From an uncultured bacterium (GTDB lineage: Bacteria; Verrucomicrobiota; Verrucomicrobiia; Limisphaerales; UBA8199), in assembly GCA_963749495.1 (NCBI GenBank), contig CAVVMW010000006.1, forward strand, positions 32,001-96,000: 64,000 nt of DNA. Direction: 5' to 3'. The notes under the pieces were generated by a model. The model worked only from the letters and a program-made list of their open reading frames with translations, was not told the origin of the DNA and searched no databases. Below, piece by piece: positions 48,861 through 59,038 of this stretch. The translations under genes and the position numbers were made by a program. Position 1 is the stretch's first letter. The number at the start of each line of letters is the position of its first letter.

Positions 48861-50027
48861 TTACTTGGCGTCCGGGTATTTCGCGCCCTTGACCAATTGC
48901 GTAAAGGCGTCTCTTTCGCGCTCGACGATCGGTTCGCTGCCCATGAGCTTGTAAAACCAGGTCTGGTTGCCTTGCGGCACGACGGCGGCCACCAGGCGCG
49001 TCTTTTGGCCGGTCCTCGGGTCGGCGCCGGTCATGTCCACAACCATGGCCTTGCCGGCCTGGGCTTCGAGCGGGGTGACCAGCTTTTCGACCTCGGTTGG
49101 CGGCGCTTGGGCCAGGCCGAGTTGCTGGCGCCAGCGGTTGACGTTGCCCACCAGGCCGCCGCCCTCGCCGGGGGCGGTGCTCACATTGACCGCAGCTTGC
49201 TCGCCACTGTTGCCGCGGATGGCGAACTTAGCCACCAGAAAGGCCCCGGCCGGGACCTCCTCCCAGCCCTTGGGCACTTGCAGGACCGGCTTTTCCGGGC
49301 CCGGGCTGGCAGGTCCGGTTGGGATGACCGATGCGGCAGCCATTGGCCCCGCACCCGCCGTGCCGATGGGCGGATGGAATGGGGGCAATTGCCCTGGCGC
49401 AGCCGCCGCCGCCCCGAACTTGAGCGACTTCAGGAAGTCCACAAACGCAGGTTTCTGTTGGGCCACCAGCGCGTCGTCGCCGGTCATTTTAAAGAACCAG
49501 GCGATGCCCTCGCGGCGGAGCACGGCCGCCAGGATGCGGGACTGGCCCCCCGAACCGGGGACCGGCCCGCTCTGTTCGAAAAGCTGGGCCTTTTGCCCAG
49601 CCACCTCAACTGGTTGCGCCAGGTTGCCCAGTTCAGCCTCCGTGACGGGCGATTGCCCGACCTGGCCGCGCCAGCGATTGACGTTGGCCAGGTCGCCCCC
49701 GGCTTCCCCAGGCAGCGGCACCACGCTCACGTCTGCCGGCTGGCCCCCGGCGCCCGCAACCTGAAACTCGGCAATCCGCATCTGGCCCGGAGCGATTTCC
49801 TTCCAGCCTCCGGGCAGGTTCCACTGCAACGCCGGACCCGGGCTCGACAGGTCTGGGTGCCCGGCAGGCAGGACCGCCGATTGGGCCGCCTCGGCCGGCC
49901 CCTGCTCCTTTGCCACTTTGTAGCTCTCGGGGCTGTTGCCGCCGCACCCGGCCAAGGCCGCCGCCAGCAATAAAGCTCCCCACCGCCCGGCCCGGGGGCG
50001 CCTCGGCAAAAGCGATAACAAGTTCAC
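48861..50027 (-). CDS. Lipoprotein with duplicated domain in the ccs operon
   Basis: Lipobox LAGC; two copies of ..PxGW...NVNRWRxQxG...WF(F/Y)K(M/L)xG; LPAGHP and LPPFHP motifs. Confidence 0.8.
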   Translation of the reverse strand: MNLLSLLPRRPRAGRWGALLLAAALAGCGGNSPESYKVAKEQGPAEAAQSAVLPAGHPDLSSPGPALQWNLPGGWKEIAPGQMRIAEFQVAGAGGQPADVSVVPLPGEAGGDLANVNRWRGQVGQSPVTEAELGNLAQPVEVAGQKAQLFEQSGPVPGSGGQSRILAAVLRREGIAWFFKMTGDDALVAQQKPAFVDFLKSLKFGAAAAAPGQLPPFHPPIGTAGAGPMAAASVIPTGPASPGPEKPVLQVPKGWEEVPAGAFLVAKFAIRGNSGEQAAVNVSTAPGEGGGLVGNVNRWRQQLGLAQAPPTEVEKLVTPLEAQAGKAMVVDMTGADPRTGQKTRLVAAVVPQGNQTWFYKLMGSEPIVERERDAFTQLVKGAKYPDAK

Positions 50028-50193
50028 GTTAACTTTTTACTTGTTTTTGGGGGCAAGCGCAAGCGGTATTCGGAAATTGTCCGGCGATGGGCAAAGGAAG
50101 GTGACCCTCTCGGGTTGCCCTCAAGTCGTATTGAAAGCGCGGTTTCATTGGGATAAATTGGGACGGCGACCCGGAAAGACCAACTAACTCACT

Positions 50194-51138
50194 ATGCGAT
50201 CATTCGAGAGCCTGAACGAGCAAGAGATCCTTGCCCTGGCGATTTCCCAGGAGGAAGAGGATGCGCGGATCTACGACGATTTCGCGGACGGGCTGAGGGA
50301 GAAATATCCCGGCCAGGCCCAGCAGTTCAGCGGCCTGCGGCGGGAGGAGGACGCGCACCGGCATCGGCTGCTGGAGCTTTATCAGAAGCGATTTGGGGAG
50401 CATGTGCCGTTGATTCGGCGGCAGGACGTGCGGGGCTTTGTGAGGCGGCGGCCGGTCTGGCTGGTGCGACCGCTGGGCCTCAACGCGGCACGCAAGTACG
50501 CGGAGTTGATGGAACTGGAGACCAAGCGGTTCTACGAGGCGGCGGCGCGGCGGACGACCGACGCGGGCCTGCGCCAACTCCTGGGCGACCTGGCGGAGGA
50601 GGAGCGGCATCACGCGCGCACGGCCGAGGAGATGGCCAAGACCAAGCTGAGCGAGGAGGAATCGGCGCGGCAGAAGCGGCTCTTTATCTTGCAGGTCATC
50701 CAGCCGGGCCTGGCGGGGCTGATGGACGGGTCGGTTTCGACGTTGGCCCCGCTGTTTGCGGCGGCGTTTGCCACGCACAACAGCTTCGAGACGTTCCGGG
50801 TGGGCCTGGCGGCCAGTTTCGGGGCGGGGATCAGCATGGGCTTTGCGGAGGCGCTTTCGGACGACGGCAGCCTGACGGGCCGCGGGCATCCGTGGGCACG
50901 CGGGATGATCTGCGGGCTGATGACCGCCCTCGGCGGGCTGGGGCATTCGCTTCCTTACCTCATCCCCAATGTGCAACTCGCCACGTGGATTGCGGTATCG
51001 GTGGTGCTGGTGGAATTGAGCGTGATTGCCTGGGTGCGCCGCCGGTTCATGGACACCCCGTGGTCGGCCGCCGTCATCCAGGTGGTCCTGGGCGGGGTGC
51101 TGGTGTTCCTGGTGGGCATTCTGATCGGCAGTTCGTGA
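50194..51138 (+). CDS. mbfA: Iron exporter MbfA (rubrerythrin-like + VIT1 domains)
   Basis: EQEILALAISQEEED, EEDAHR, LAEEERHH; QPGLAGLMDGSVSTLAP, SDDGSLTGRG. Confidence 0.92.
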   Translation: MRSFESLNEQEILALAISQEEEDARIYDDFADGLREKYPGQAQQFSGLRREEDAHRHRLLELYQKRFGEHVPLIRRQDVRGFVRRRPVWLVRPLGLNAARKYAELMELETKRFYEAAARRTTDAGLRQLLGDLAEEERHHARTAEEMAKTKLSEEESARQKRLFILQVIQPGLAGLMDGSVSTLAPLFAAAFATHNSFETFRVGLAASFGAGISMGFAEALSDDGSLTGRGHPWARGMICGLMTALGGLGHSLPYLIPNVQLATWIAVSVVLVELSVIAWVRRRFMDTPWSAAVIQVVLGGVLVFLVGILIGSS

Positions 51139-51154
51139 CGGCGGCACGGAGGGG

Positions 51155-51259
51155 GAATGACGAATGACGAATGACGAATGACGAAGGCGGAGTCTCCGAG
51201 ACGTCCCTCGACCTCAGGACGCTCCACATTCGTCATTCGTCATTCGTCATTCGTCATTC
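51155..51259. repeat. Inverted heptamer arrays (4x TGACGAA ... 4x TTCGTCA) between convergent genes
   Basis: Read directly; could fold into a stem of about 30 bp. Confidence 0.9.
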
Positions 51260-51269
51260 CACACCTAAC

Positions 51270-52124
51270 TTAAAAGAGGCTCGTAACATCCGCGGCGCAC
51301 GACAGAAACCTCCCCCCCTCGAAGGTCCTGGCGAGCCGGCCCTGGCTCCATTTGCGGAGGCGATAGAGGGCGGCGAAAGTGAAGTCGGGGGCCTTGCCGC
51401 CCTGGCCGCCGACCAACTCGCTGCCGCGGCGCACATTGTCCAGCATCCAGGCCGGGAGCAGGACATGGTATGGGTTGCGGGCGACTTCGCCCACGTGGAA
51501 GGTCGTGGCGGCGATCAGGTCCGCCAGGTCCTCGGCGGCGATCTCGACCATCAGGTTCGGGTCCGCCATCTGGCCCCAGAACTCGGTCTCGACAACAAAG
51601 CACTGGAAATCCGCCGGGGCTTGTTTGAGGGCGTCCAGGAGCAGGAGGTGGGTGCCCATGTGACACTTGTTCCAGTCGTGCTCGTGCGGGAACAGAACCA
51701 CGCGCGGCCGGTTCTGCACGAGGACCTGAGTAATGACCTGGACGCAGGCGCTCCAGTGGGCGGGCTCTTGCTCGCGGGTCTTGGGGTAGATGCGTTGGAG
51801 TCCGTTGGGGGCGCAGAGGTGCAGGCCCAAGCCCAGGTAATTGCAGGCGCCCTGCAACTCCTTGAGGCGTCCGGGTTGGCGCTCCTTGTTCGAGCCGAGG
51901 GTCACGGCGACATCAATGACATTGAAGCGTGCCTGGCGGAGCAGGCGCAAGGCGAAGCCGCCGACAATGCACTCGTCGTCCGGGTGCGGGGCAAAGAACA
52001 GGGCCTTGGGGGCGTCGGGGCCGAGCTGGGGCCGCGCTGCGGGCGGAAACCCGCCCTGGGGGTAGGTCTTGGCCGCCTGGATCAGGCGGGCCTGTTCGGA
52101 AACGAATTTCACATAAGGGTTCAT
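51270..52124 (-). CDS. PIG-L/LmbE family deacetylase
   Basis: FFAPHPDDEC, FPHEHDWNKCH. Confidence 0.88.
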   Translation of the reverse strand: MNPYVKFVSEQARLIQAAKTYPQGGFPPAARPQLGPDAPKALFFAPHPDDECIVGGFALRLLRQARFNVIDVAVTLGSNKERQPGRLKELQGACNYLGLGLHLCAPNGLQRIYPKTREQEPAHWSACVQVITQVLVQNRPRVVLFPHEHDWNKCHMGTHLLLLDALKQAPADFQCFVVETEFWGQMADPNLMVEIAAEDLADLIAATTFHVGEVARNPYHVLLPAWMLDNVRRGSELVGGQGGKAPDFTFAALYRLRKWSQGRLARTFEGGRFLSCAADVTSLF

Positions 52125-52204
52125 AACAGGAACAGAAGGAAACGAAGGAAACGAAGGAAACGAAGGATTGAGAATGCTGGGCTTGAATACGTGGTCGTCT
52201 GGCC

Positions 52205-52273
52205 CCTTTAGCCTTTAGCCTTTAGCCTTTAGCCTTTTAGCCTTTAGCCTTTAGCCTTCAGCCTTCAGCCTTT
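52205..52273. repeat. CCTTTAG/CCTTCAG heptamer array overlapping the ROK stop codon
   Basis: About nine units; reads GGCTGAA/GGCTAAA on the minus strand. Confidence 0.9.
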
Positions 52274-53666
52274 CCGGAAGGCTGGCGGCGGCGATGGCCT
52301 GGCCGTGGCGTTTGTCTTTCTCCGTGGGTATGTGCAAGGCGAGCTTGCCCGCCAGTTCAGGAAACTCGACCTTCAAGACCTCTTTGGCCCCGGCGAGGAT
52401 GATGGCGCCGCCGGGGCCGGAGGTGACGCGTCCCAGGATGAGGACGTTCTCCAGTTCATAGAACTCGGCCAGATGGGCGATGGCGTAGCCGAGGTAGGTG
52501 CCGATCGTCTGGTAAATCTTGCGGGCGCGCCCGTCGCCCGCGCCCACGAGACGCTGGACCTGCGCCAGCTTTTCGGGGAGCGGGAGTTTCGCCTCGACTT
52601 GGATGCCCGCCGGCGCCAGCAGCCGCCCGACGCATTGCTGGGAGAAATACTGGACGTTGCAGCCGTAATCGCCGGACCATTCATCGATAGGAGCGCCGGG
52701 GTTGTAATCGAGCGGGACGAAGGCCAGTTCGTTGAGCCAGGAGGTGAGGCTGCCCTCGGCATTGACATAACCGCCGGCGGTGCTGGTGCCCAGGGAGATG
52801 CCCAGGATGCGGTTGAGGCCCAGGGACATCGAACCGGCCAGGGCGGTGACTTCGCCGTCATTGATGACCTCGAAGGGGACATTGTTCCAGGCGCGGCGCA
52901 GGTCCAGGAAAAGGTTGCGCACGCGCTGGTTGAACACGTCGGGCGGCACGCCCCGAAATAGCGAGGCCACTTTCACGCGGTTGTCCCGGTAGATGCCAGC
53001 CGCGCTGCCGCCGATGGCATCCACGCGCGGCAGATGGGCGGCCGCCCGCTTGAGCGAGTCCATGATGCCGTCATAATGGTATTGTGGGTCAGGCTGGAAA
53101 TAGGGATCCCAGGGTGTCTCTTCACTGAAGACCACCTTGCCGTCAACCAATGCGGCCACCTTCCGGTCGCTGCCGCCCAGGTCGAACCCGATTCGGCAGC
53201 CGTCCAAGTGGCGTCCCAGGGCGGCCGTGCTGCGCCGTTCGGGGGGCGGGTCTTGGGTGTGTACGACCTCCAGCGGGTGATCGAACATCCGTTGGGCGAC
53301 CAGGTCCGCATCGAACGCTCCCGCCTGCGTGTCGCGGTAGTGCGCGGCCAGCCTGGCGGCCAGCGGGGCGGGGCCCTGGAAATGGAAGCGATAACCGCCG
53401 CGCGCCCAGAGCAGGAGCTTGGCGATGCGCTCCAGATAGGTGAAGTTGGCCCGCGCCTGGGGGTGAGTCTCAGGCAGGATCTCCGTCTCAAAGCGAGAAA
53501 CCGCCTTCTCGCCTTGTTCCAATGCCAGGCAGATCGGCACTGGCCGGCCGCTGGCTCGGACCGTTTGCCGGAAAGCGCGGTTTGCCAGGACCGCCGGTCG
53601 GAAGGCGGGGTCGAGGGCCGGCATGAGCCTGGGTGCTATCAGGGCAAGCCCGTCGTTGCTATTCAT
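52251..53666 (-). CDS. ROK family protein
   Basis: IGFDLGGSDRK, INDGEVTALAG, GISLGTSTAGGY. Confidence 0.88.
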   Translation of the reverse strand: MNSNDGLALIAPRLMPALDPAFRPAVLANRAFRQTVRASGRPVPICLALEQGEKAVSRFETEILPETHPQARANFTYLERIAKLLLWARGGYRFHFQGPAPLAARLAAHYRDTQAGAFDADLVAQRMFDHPLEVVHTQDPPPERRSTAALGRHLDGCRIGFDLGGSDRKVAALVDGKVVFSEETPWDPYFQPDPQYHYDGIMDSLKRAAAHLPRVDAIGGSAAGIYRDNRVKVASLFRGVPPDVFNQRVRNLFLDLRRAWNNVPFEVINDGEVTALAGSMSLGLNRILGISLGTSTAGGYVNAEGSLTSWLNELAFVPLDYNPGAPIDEWSGDYGCNVQYFSQQCVGRLLAPAGIQVEAKLPLPEKLAQVQRLVGAGDGRARKIYQTIGTYLGYAIAHLAEFYELENVLILGRVTSGPGGAIILAGAKEVLKVEFPELAGKLALHIPTEKDKRHGQAIAAASLPERLKAEG

Positions 53667-53733
53667 AAAAGACCGTCGAGCTTGGGGTCCAGTTCCGCTG
53701 CAAGTCAAGCTTGGAGCGCCCCTTGGGGGTAGA

Positions 53734-53796
53734 GGGCCGTTGACAAAGTGGTAGCGCAGGTTTGGAAACCTGCGCTACAACTTTGTCAACGGTCCC
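53734..53796. repeat. Short palindromic MITE/REP-like element
   Basis: GGGCCGTTGACAAAG..GTAGCGCAGGTTTGGAAACCTGCGCTAC..CTTTGTCAACGGTCCC. Confidence 0.8.
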
Positions 53797-53858
53797 CCCC
53801 TCCGTGCGCCCCGCAAAGACTTTGGCTATCCGAATCGGATACTGTACACTGGCTCATC

Positions 53859-55393
53859 ATGAAAGGAAGAGGCAGGGTCTATCTGGTAGGCGCGGGTCCC
53901 GGCGATGCGGGGCTGCTGACGCTGCGGGGGGCGGAGTTGATAGGCCGGGCGGACGTCGTCGTGTACGACGCGCTGGTCAACCCGGAGTTGCTGCGTTTGG
54001 CGCCCAAGTCCGCCGAGATCATCTTCGGCGGCAAGCGGGGCCGGGACCAGGCCATTGCCCAATCGGAACTCAACCAACTGCTCATCGCCAAGGCGCGCGC
54101 GGGCAAAACCGTGGTGCGCCTCAAGGGCGGCGACCCTTACGTCTTTGGCCGTGGGGGCGAGGAGGCCGAGCAACTGGCCGACGCGGGTGTTTTCTTTGAG
54201 GTGGTGCCGGGGTCTCTTCGTTCGTGGCCGTGCCCGGCTACGCGGGCGTGCCCCTGACCCGTCGCGGGCTCTGCTCGCGCCTGACGCTGATTACCGGCCA
54301 CGAAGACCCCGCCAAGGAGGAAGCCACCATCGATTGGGCGCAGGTTGCCAAGACCCCGGGCACCAAGGTCATCATGATGGGCACAGACCGCATTGGGCAG
54401 ATCGCCCAGAAGTTGGTTGCCCATGGCATGGCAGCCACTACCCCGGTCGCCATGGTCCAATGGGGGACCACCGGGCGCCAGCAATCGGTCGCGGCAACCC
54501 TTGCCACCATAGCCGAGGCCGCTGCCCGCCAGAAGCTCGGCCCGCCAACCGTCGCCGTCATCGGCAACGTCGTCAACCTGCGCGGCAAGCTCAACTGGTT
54601 CGAGCGCCGGCCCCTGTTCGGCCAGCGCATGGTCGTCACCCGCACCCGCGAGCAGGCCGCCGAGCTCGCCCGCCGCTTGCAGGAACACGGGGCCCAAGTG
54701 CTCGAAGTCCCCACCATCCGCCTCGAACCGCCCACCCGCCGCGAAGACCTCGTCGATGCCCTGCTCGAGCTCAATTCCTACGATTGGCTGGTCTTCACCA
54801 GCCCCAACGGCGTGTCCAAGTTCTTCGAGTATTTCTTCAAGCAGTTCCACGATATGCGCGACATCGGCGGCGTGCGCATCGCCGCCGTCGGCCCGGCCAC
54901 GGCCAATCGGCTCAAGGAACTCCACCTGCAGGTCGACCTCATGCCCGACGAGGCCCTGGCCGTCAACATCGCCGAGGCCTTCGCTGGGTTCGAGAGCATC
55001 GAGAACCTGAGGATCTGCCTGTTGCGCGCCGAAGCCGCCAACAAGGAGTTGCCCCAGGCCCTGGAGGCCCTGGGCGCCATTGTGGATGATGTGGCCTGCT
55101 ACCGCACCGTGCCGGAAACCGAAGACCCGACCGGCGCCGCCGCCAGCCTCCTCGAAAAGGGCGCCGATTGGCTCACCTTCACCAGCGCCTCGACCGTCCA
55201 GCATTTCCACGCCCGCTTCGACCTGCCCGCGCTGCTTGGCAAATTCCCCCAACTCAAGACCGCCACCATCGGCCCGGAGACCTCCAAGGCCATTGCGGCG
55301 CTGGGCCTCAAGCCCACGCTCGAGGCCAAGCAACACACCATTGACGGCTTGGTCGAGGTCTTGCTCGCAGCGCAAGGAAAGCCCGCCCAATAG
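53859..55393 (+). CDS. cobA: Fused uroporphyrinogen-III C-methyltransferase / uroporphyrinogen-III synthase (frameshift near 54215)
   Basis: VYLVGAGPGDAGLLT, RLKGGDPYVFGRGGEE; then WFERRPLFGQRMVVTR, FTSPNGV, FTSASTV (HemD). Confidence 0.93.
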
Positions 55394-55629
55394 ACCACGG
55401 TCATCCGGCGGTCAGATCTCCAATACTGGGGTCTTGTGCCTCATGCGGCCAGCGCCTCCATAGTCTCGATGCAGTTCAACGCACCTTGCCGTAATCTCCC
55501 ATCACCGCGTCGGGCCACCCTGCACCGTGGCAGACCGAGTTGATACTGCGGGGCATTGATTGAGCGTTTTTGCCGGCCCTCTGGTCATTAACTGGGGAAC
55601 GTTAAGGCGATTTCGAACGATCCCGGCGC

Positions 55630-56710
55630 ATGATTCAACTGTCTTCCATGCTGGAGCGGCGCTCGCGCCCCTTCCTGGTCCTGGCGGGGCTGGCGGGGGT
55701 GGCTGCGATTGGCCTGGTCGATTATGTCACGGGGGTCGAGCTGCCTCTTCTCGGTATTCTACATGCTGGCGGTCGGGCTGGCGGCCTGGTTTGTCGGCCG
55801 GGGTTTTGGCCTGGTGATGTCGGTCCTGAGCGCCCTGGTCTGGATCGGAGGCGACCTGGCGGCGCGGGCGCACTATGCAAGCCCGTGGATTCCCGTCTGG
55901 AACGCGCTCATCATGATGGTGTGTTATTTCATCGTGGTCTGGCTGTTGACCAGCTTGCGTTCGCTCAACCGGAGCCTGGAGTTGCGGGTGCAGGAGCGGA
56001 CCCAGGCCCTGACGCACGAAATGGCCCAACGCCAGCGCCTGGAGGAGGAAATCCTTAAAGTGAGCGAACGGGAGCAGCGCCGCATCGGCCACGAATTGCA
56101 CGACACGCTCTGCCAGCACCTGACGGCCACCGCCATGGCCGCCCAGGTCCTGGACGAGCGCCTGGCCGCCAAGTCCCTGTCCGAGGCGGCCGATGCCGCC
56201 CGGGTCGTCGGGTTGATCGAGGAAGGCATCACCCTGGCGCGCAACCTGGCGCAGGGGCTTTACCCGGTCGAAATGGAGGCCGAGGGCCTCATGGCGGCCT
56301 TCAAAGAGCTTGCCGGCAGCGTCACCCGAGATGCGAAGGTCCCGTGCGTCTTCGAGTGCGACGCGCCGGTGCTGATGCACGATGATGCGGCGGCCACGCA
56401 CCTGTATCGCATCGCGCAGGAGGCGCTGCGCAATGCCCTCCGGCACGGCAAACCCCGCCGCATCGACATCAGTTTGTCCGAGCACGGCGGCCTGGTTAAC
56501 CTCACCGTCGAAGACGACGGCGTCGGCCTGCCCGAGAACCTGGCCCCAAGCGGCGGCCTGGGCATCCGCATCATGGCGCACCGCGCCGCCATGATCGGCG
56601 GCAATTTCTCCGTCGAGCCCGCCCCAACCGGAGGCACCATTGTGACGTGCTCATTCCCCAGGGCCTTTCCGATCGACCGCCATGCAAACCGATCCTCTGC
56701 CGAGGCCTGA
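55630..56710 (+). CDS. NarX/UhpB-type sensor histidine kinase (frameshift near 55745)
   Basis: Four TM segments; EREQRRIGHELHDTLCQHL, YRIAQEALRNALRHG, GLGIRIM. Confidence 0.9.
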
Positions 56711-57368
56711 CGCCCCAAAAAAGACCGTGTTCCTCGTGGACGACCACCCCTTGGTGCGCGAGTGGCTCACCAACCTGATCCATCAAAGGGCCGACCTGGC
56801 CGTCTGCGGAGAGGCCGAGACCGGCCCCCAGGCCATGCAGGCCATCCTCGCCCTCAAGCCCGACGTCGCCATCGTGGACATTGGCCTCAAGGACTCCTCC
56901 GGCATCGAGCTCATCAAAGACCTCAAGCGGTGCTCCCCGGCGACCGCCGTGCTGGTCCTCTCCATGCACGAGGAGCGCCATTACATCGAACGCGCCCTCC
57001 GGGCCGGGGCCCGAGGCTACATCATGAAACGGGAGAGCACCCGGAAGATCATCGCCGGCATCCACCAGGTCCTGGAGAACAAACTCTACGTCAACGATGA
57101 AATCGCCGCCGCCCTGGCTGCTCAATTCGTCGAAGGCAAGACCCTGTCCTCCCATTCTCCTGCCGAGCAACTCAGCGACCGCGAACTGGAGGTCTTCGAA
57201 CTCCTGGGCCAGGGGCGCGGCACCCGCCAGATCGCCGAGACCCTCCGCGTCAGCATCAAAACCGTCCAGGCCTACTGCGCCCGCATCAAAGAAAAACTCA
57301 ACCTCGCCAGCGCCACCGAACTCCTCCGCGAAGCCGTCCGATGGCATGAGACGCGGAGTGACGAATGA
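56682..57368 (+). CDS. NarL/FixJ family response regulator
   Basis: LVDDHPLVRE, VLSMHEE, LSDRELEVFELLGQG, SIKTV. Confidence 0.93.
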   Translation: MQTDPLPRPDAPKKTVFLVDDHPLVREWLTNLIHQRADLAVCGEAETGPQAMQAILALKPDVAIVDIGLKDSSGIELIKDLKRCSPATAVLVLSMHEERHYIERALRAGARGYIMKRESTRKIIAGIHQVLENKLYVNDEIAAALAAQFVEGKTLSSHSPAEQLSDRELEVFELLGQGRGTRQIAETLRVSIKTVQAYCARIKEKLNLASATELLREAVRWHETRSDE

Positions 57369-57414
57369 CGAATGACGAATGACGAATGACGAATGACGAA
57401 TGACGAATGACGAG
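57359..57414 (+). repeat. TGACGAA heptamer array (7 perfect + 1 variant)
   Basis: Read directly; supplies the stop codon of the response regulator. Confidence 0.92.
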
Positions 57415-57691
57415 GGACTGCGGCCCACGGGACCACGGGACCACGGGACTATGGGACCATGGGACCGGCCCAAAGGGCCGGCAGAGCCTAGCCCAGGGCT
57501 GAGGCCGTCAGGCCGATGCCCTGGGTCGCACGGCGCCTCCGGACCAGTGCCCTGAAGGGGCACCACAGCCCTCTGGCCATGTAGTACCCCGCCCTACAGG
57601 AGATATGGAGTCCGCCTGATAGACAACTTGGCCTAAATGACTATGTTATCAGGCTTGCATCGCTGGTCGAGAGCATCAGACCAGAAGAGCT

Positions 57692-59038
57692 GTGAACCGC
57701 TTTTTCCACCACTTTGGGCGGGGGGGCGCCGTCTGGGCGGTGCTGTGGCTGGCCGGGCTGGCCGTGGGTTGCGCTCAGCCGGCGGCCGCGCCGCCGGCCG
57801 GCAGCGCCTTTGATCGCCGTGCCCTGGAGCACTTGGCGCTGGGGGACGCGCAACGCCTGGCCCTGGAGCGGAACTGGGACCTGCTGGCCGCCGCCGCCGG
57901 GGTCGACGCCGCGACCGCGCTCAAGATCCTCGCCCACGAGTTCCCCAATCCCGCGTTTTCCTATCTCTCCAGCCTGATCAACGTGGACAACCACCCGAGC
58001 TCGACCTCCGCCGGCAACGGCGTTTGGGACCGCAGCTACGACACCATCTTCGCCGTCAACCAACTCCTGGAGATCGGCGGCAAGCGACGCTACCGCCAGC
58101 AATCCGCCCAGGCCGGGTTCGAGGCCGCCAGGGCCCAGTTGCTCGATGTCCGGCGCACGCTCGACCTCGGCGTGGCCAAGGCCTACATCGCCGCGGCCCA
58201 GGCCCAGGAAAACGTCCGCGTCCTGGCCCAATCGGCCGACACCCTCCGCCAAGAGGCCCGCATCGCTGAAGTCCGGCTCAAGGCGGGCGAAATCTCAAGC
58301 GCGGACCGGAGCCAGATCGAGATTGGCGCGCAACGCTTCGAGTTGGACGCGCGCGCGGCCGAGGCGGCCGCCGCCCAGGCGCGAGTCGCCCTGGAAGTCC
58401 TGCTCGGGGTGCCGCAGCCCAGCGCCGACTGCGTTTTGGCCAACAACCTCGAGACCCTGGCGGCCTCGGCCGAGCTGGGCAACACCAACTCAACCGGGAC
58501 CTGGCGCCCGGACGTGGCCGCCGCCGAGGCCGCCTGGCGCAGGACCGAGTCCGACCTGCGCCTCCAGAAGGCCTTCCGCATCCCGGACCCGACCGTCCTG
58601 GCCCAGTACGAACACCAACCCCCCGACACGCCCAACACCGTCGGGCTGGGCGTGAGCTTCCCGGTCCCGCTCTGGAACCGGAACCGGGGCAACATCCTGG
58701 CCGCCCAGGCCGCCCGCGAGCAGGCCCGCCTGACGTTCGAAAAGACCCGCGCCCAGGCCGTGGCCGACATCGCCATCGCCCTCCTTTCCTACAACGACGC
58801 GGCGGCCCGCTGGACACAATACCGCGAGAGCATCCGACCCAAGTCCGAGCAGGTCCGCAAGACCAAGGCATACGCCTATCAAAAGGGCGGCGCCTCGCTG
58901 CTCGATATGTTGGTGGCCGAGCGGGACGACAACGACGTGCGCCTGGCGGCCAACCAGTCCGCCAGTGACACCGCCGTCGCAGCCGCTGCGCTCAGGGCCG
59001 CCACGACTGAGATTCAACCTTTACAGATCAAAAAATGA
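57692..59038 (+). CDS. CzcC/TolC family outer-membrane factor
   Basis: LALERNWDL, QLLEIGGKRRYR, RPDVAAA, PVPLWNRNRGNI, AYQKGGASLLD. Confidence 0.9.
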   Translation: MNRFFHHFGRGGAVWAVLWLAGLAVGCAQPAAAPPAGSAFDRRALEHLALGDAQRLALERNWDLLAAAAGVDAATALKILAHEFPNPAFSYLSSLINVDNHPSSTSAGNGVWDRSYDTIFAVNQLLEIGGKRRYRQQSAQAGFEAARAQLLDVRRTLDLGVAKAYIAAAQAQENVRVLAQSADTLRQEARIAEVRLKAGEISSADRSQIEIGAQRFELDARAAEAAAAQARVALEVLLGVPQPSADCVLANNLETLAASAELGNTNSTGTWRPDVAAAEAAWRRTESDLRLQKAFRIPDPTVLAQYEHQPPDTPNTVGLGVSFPVPLWNRNRGNILAAQAAREQARLTFEKTRAQAVADIAIALLSYNDAAARWTQYRESIRPKSEQVRKTKAYAYQKGGASLLDMLVAERDDNDVRLAANQSASDTAVAAAALRAATTEIQPLQIKK

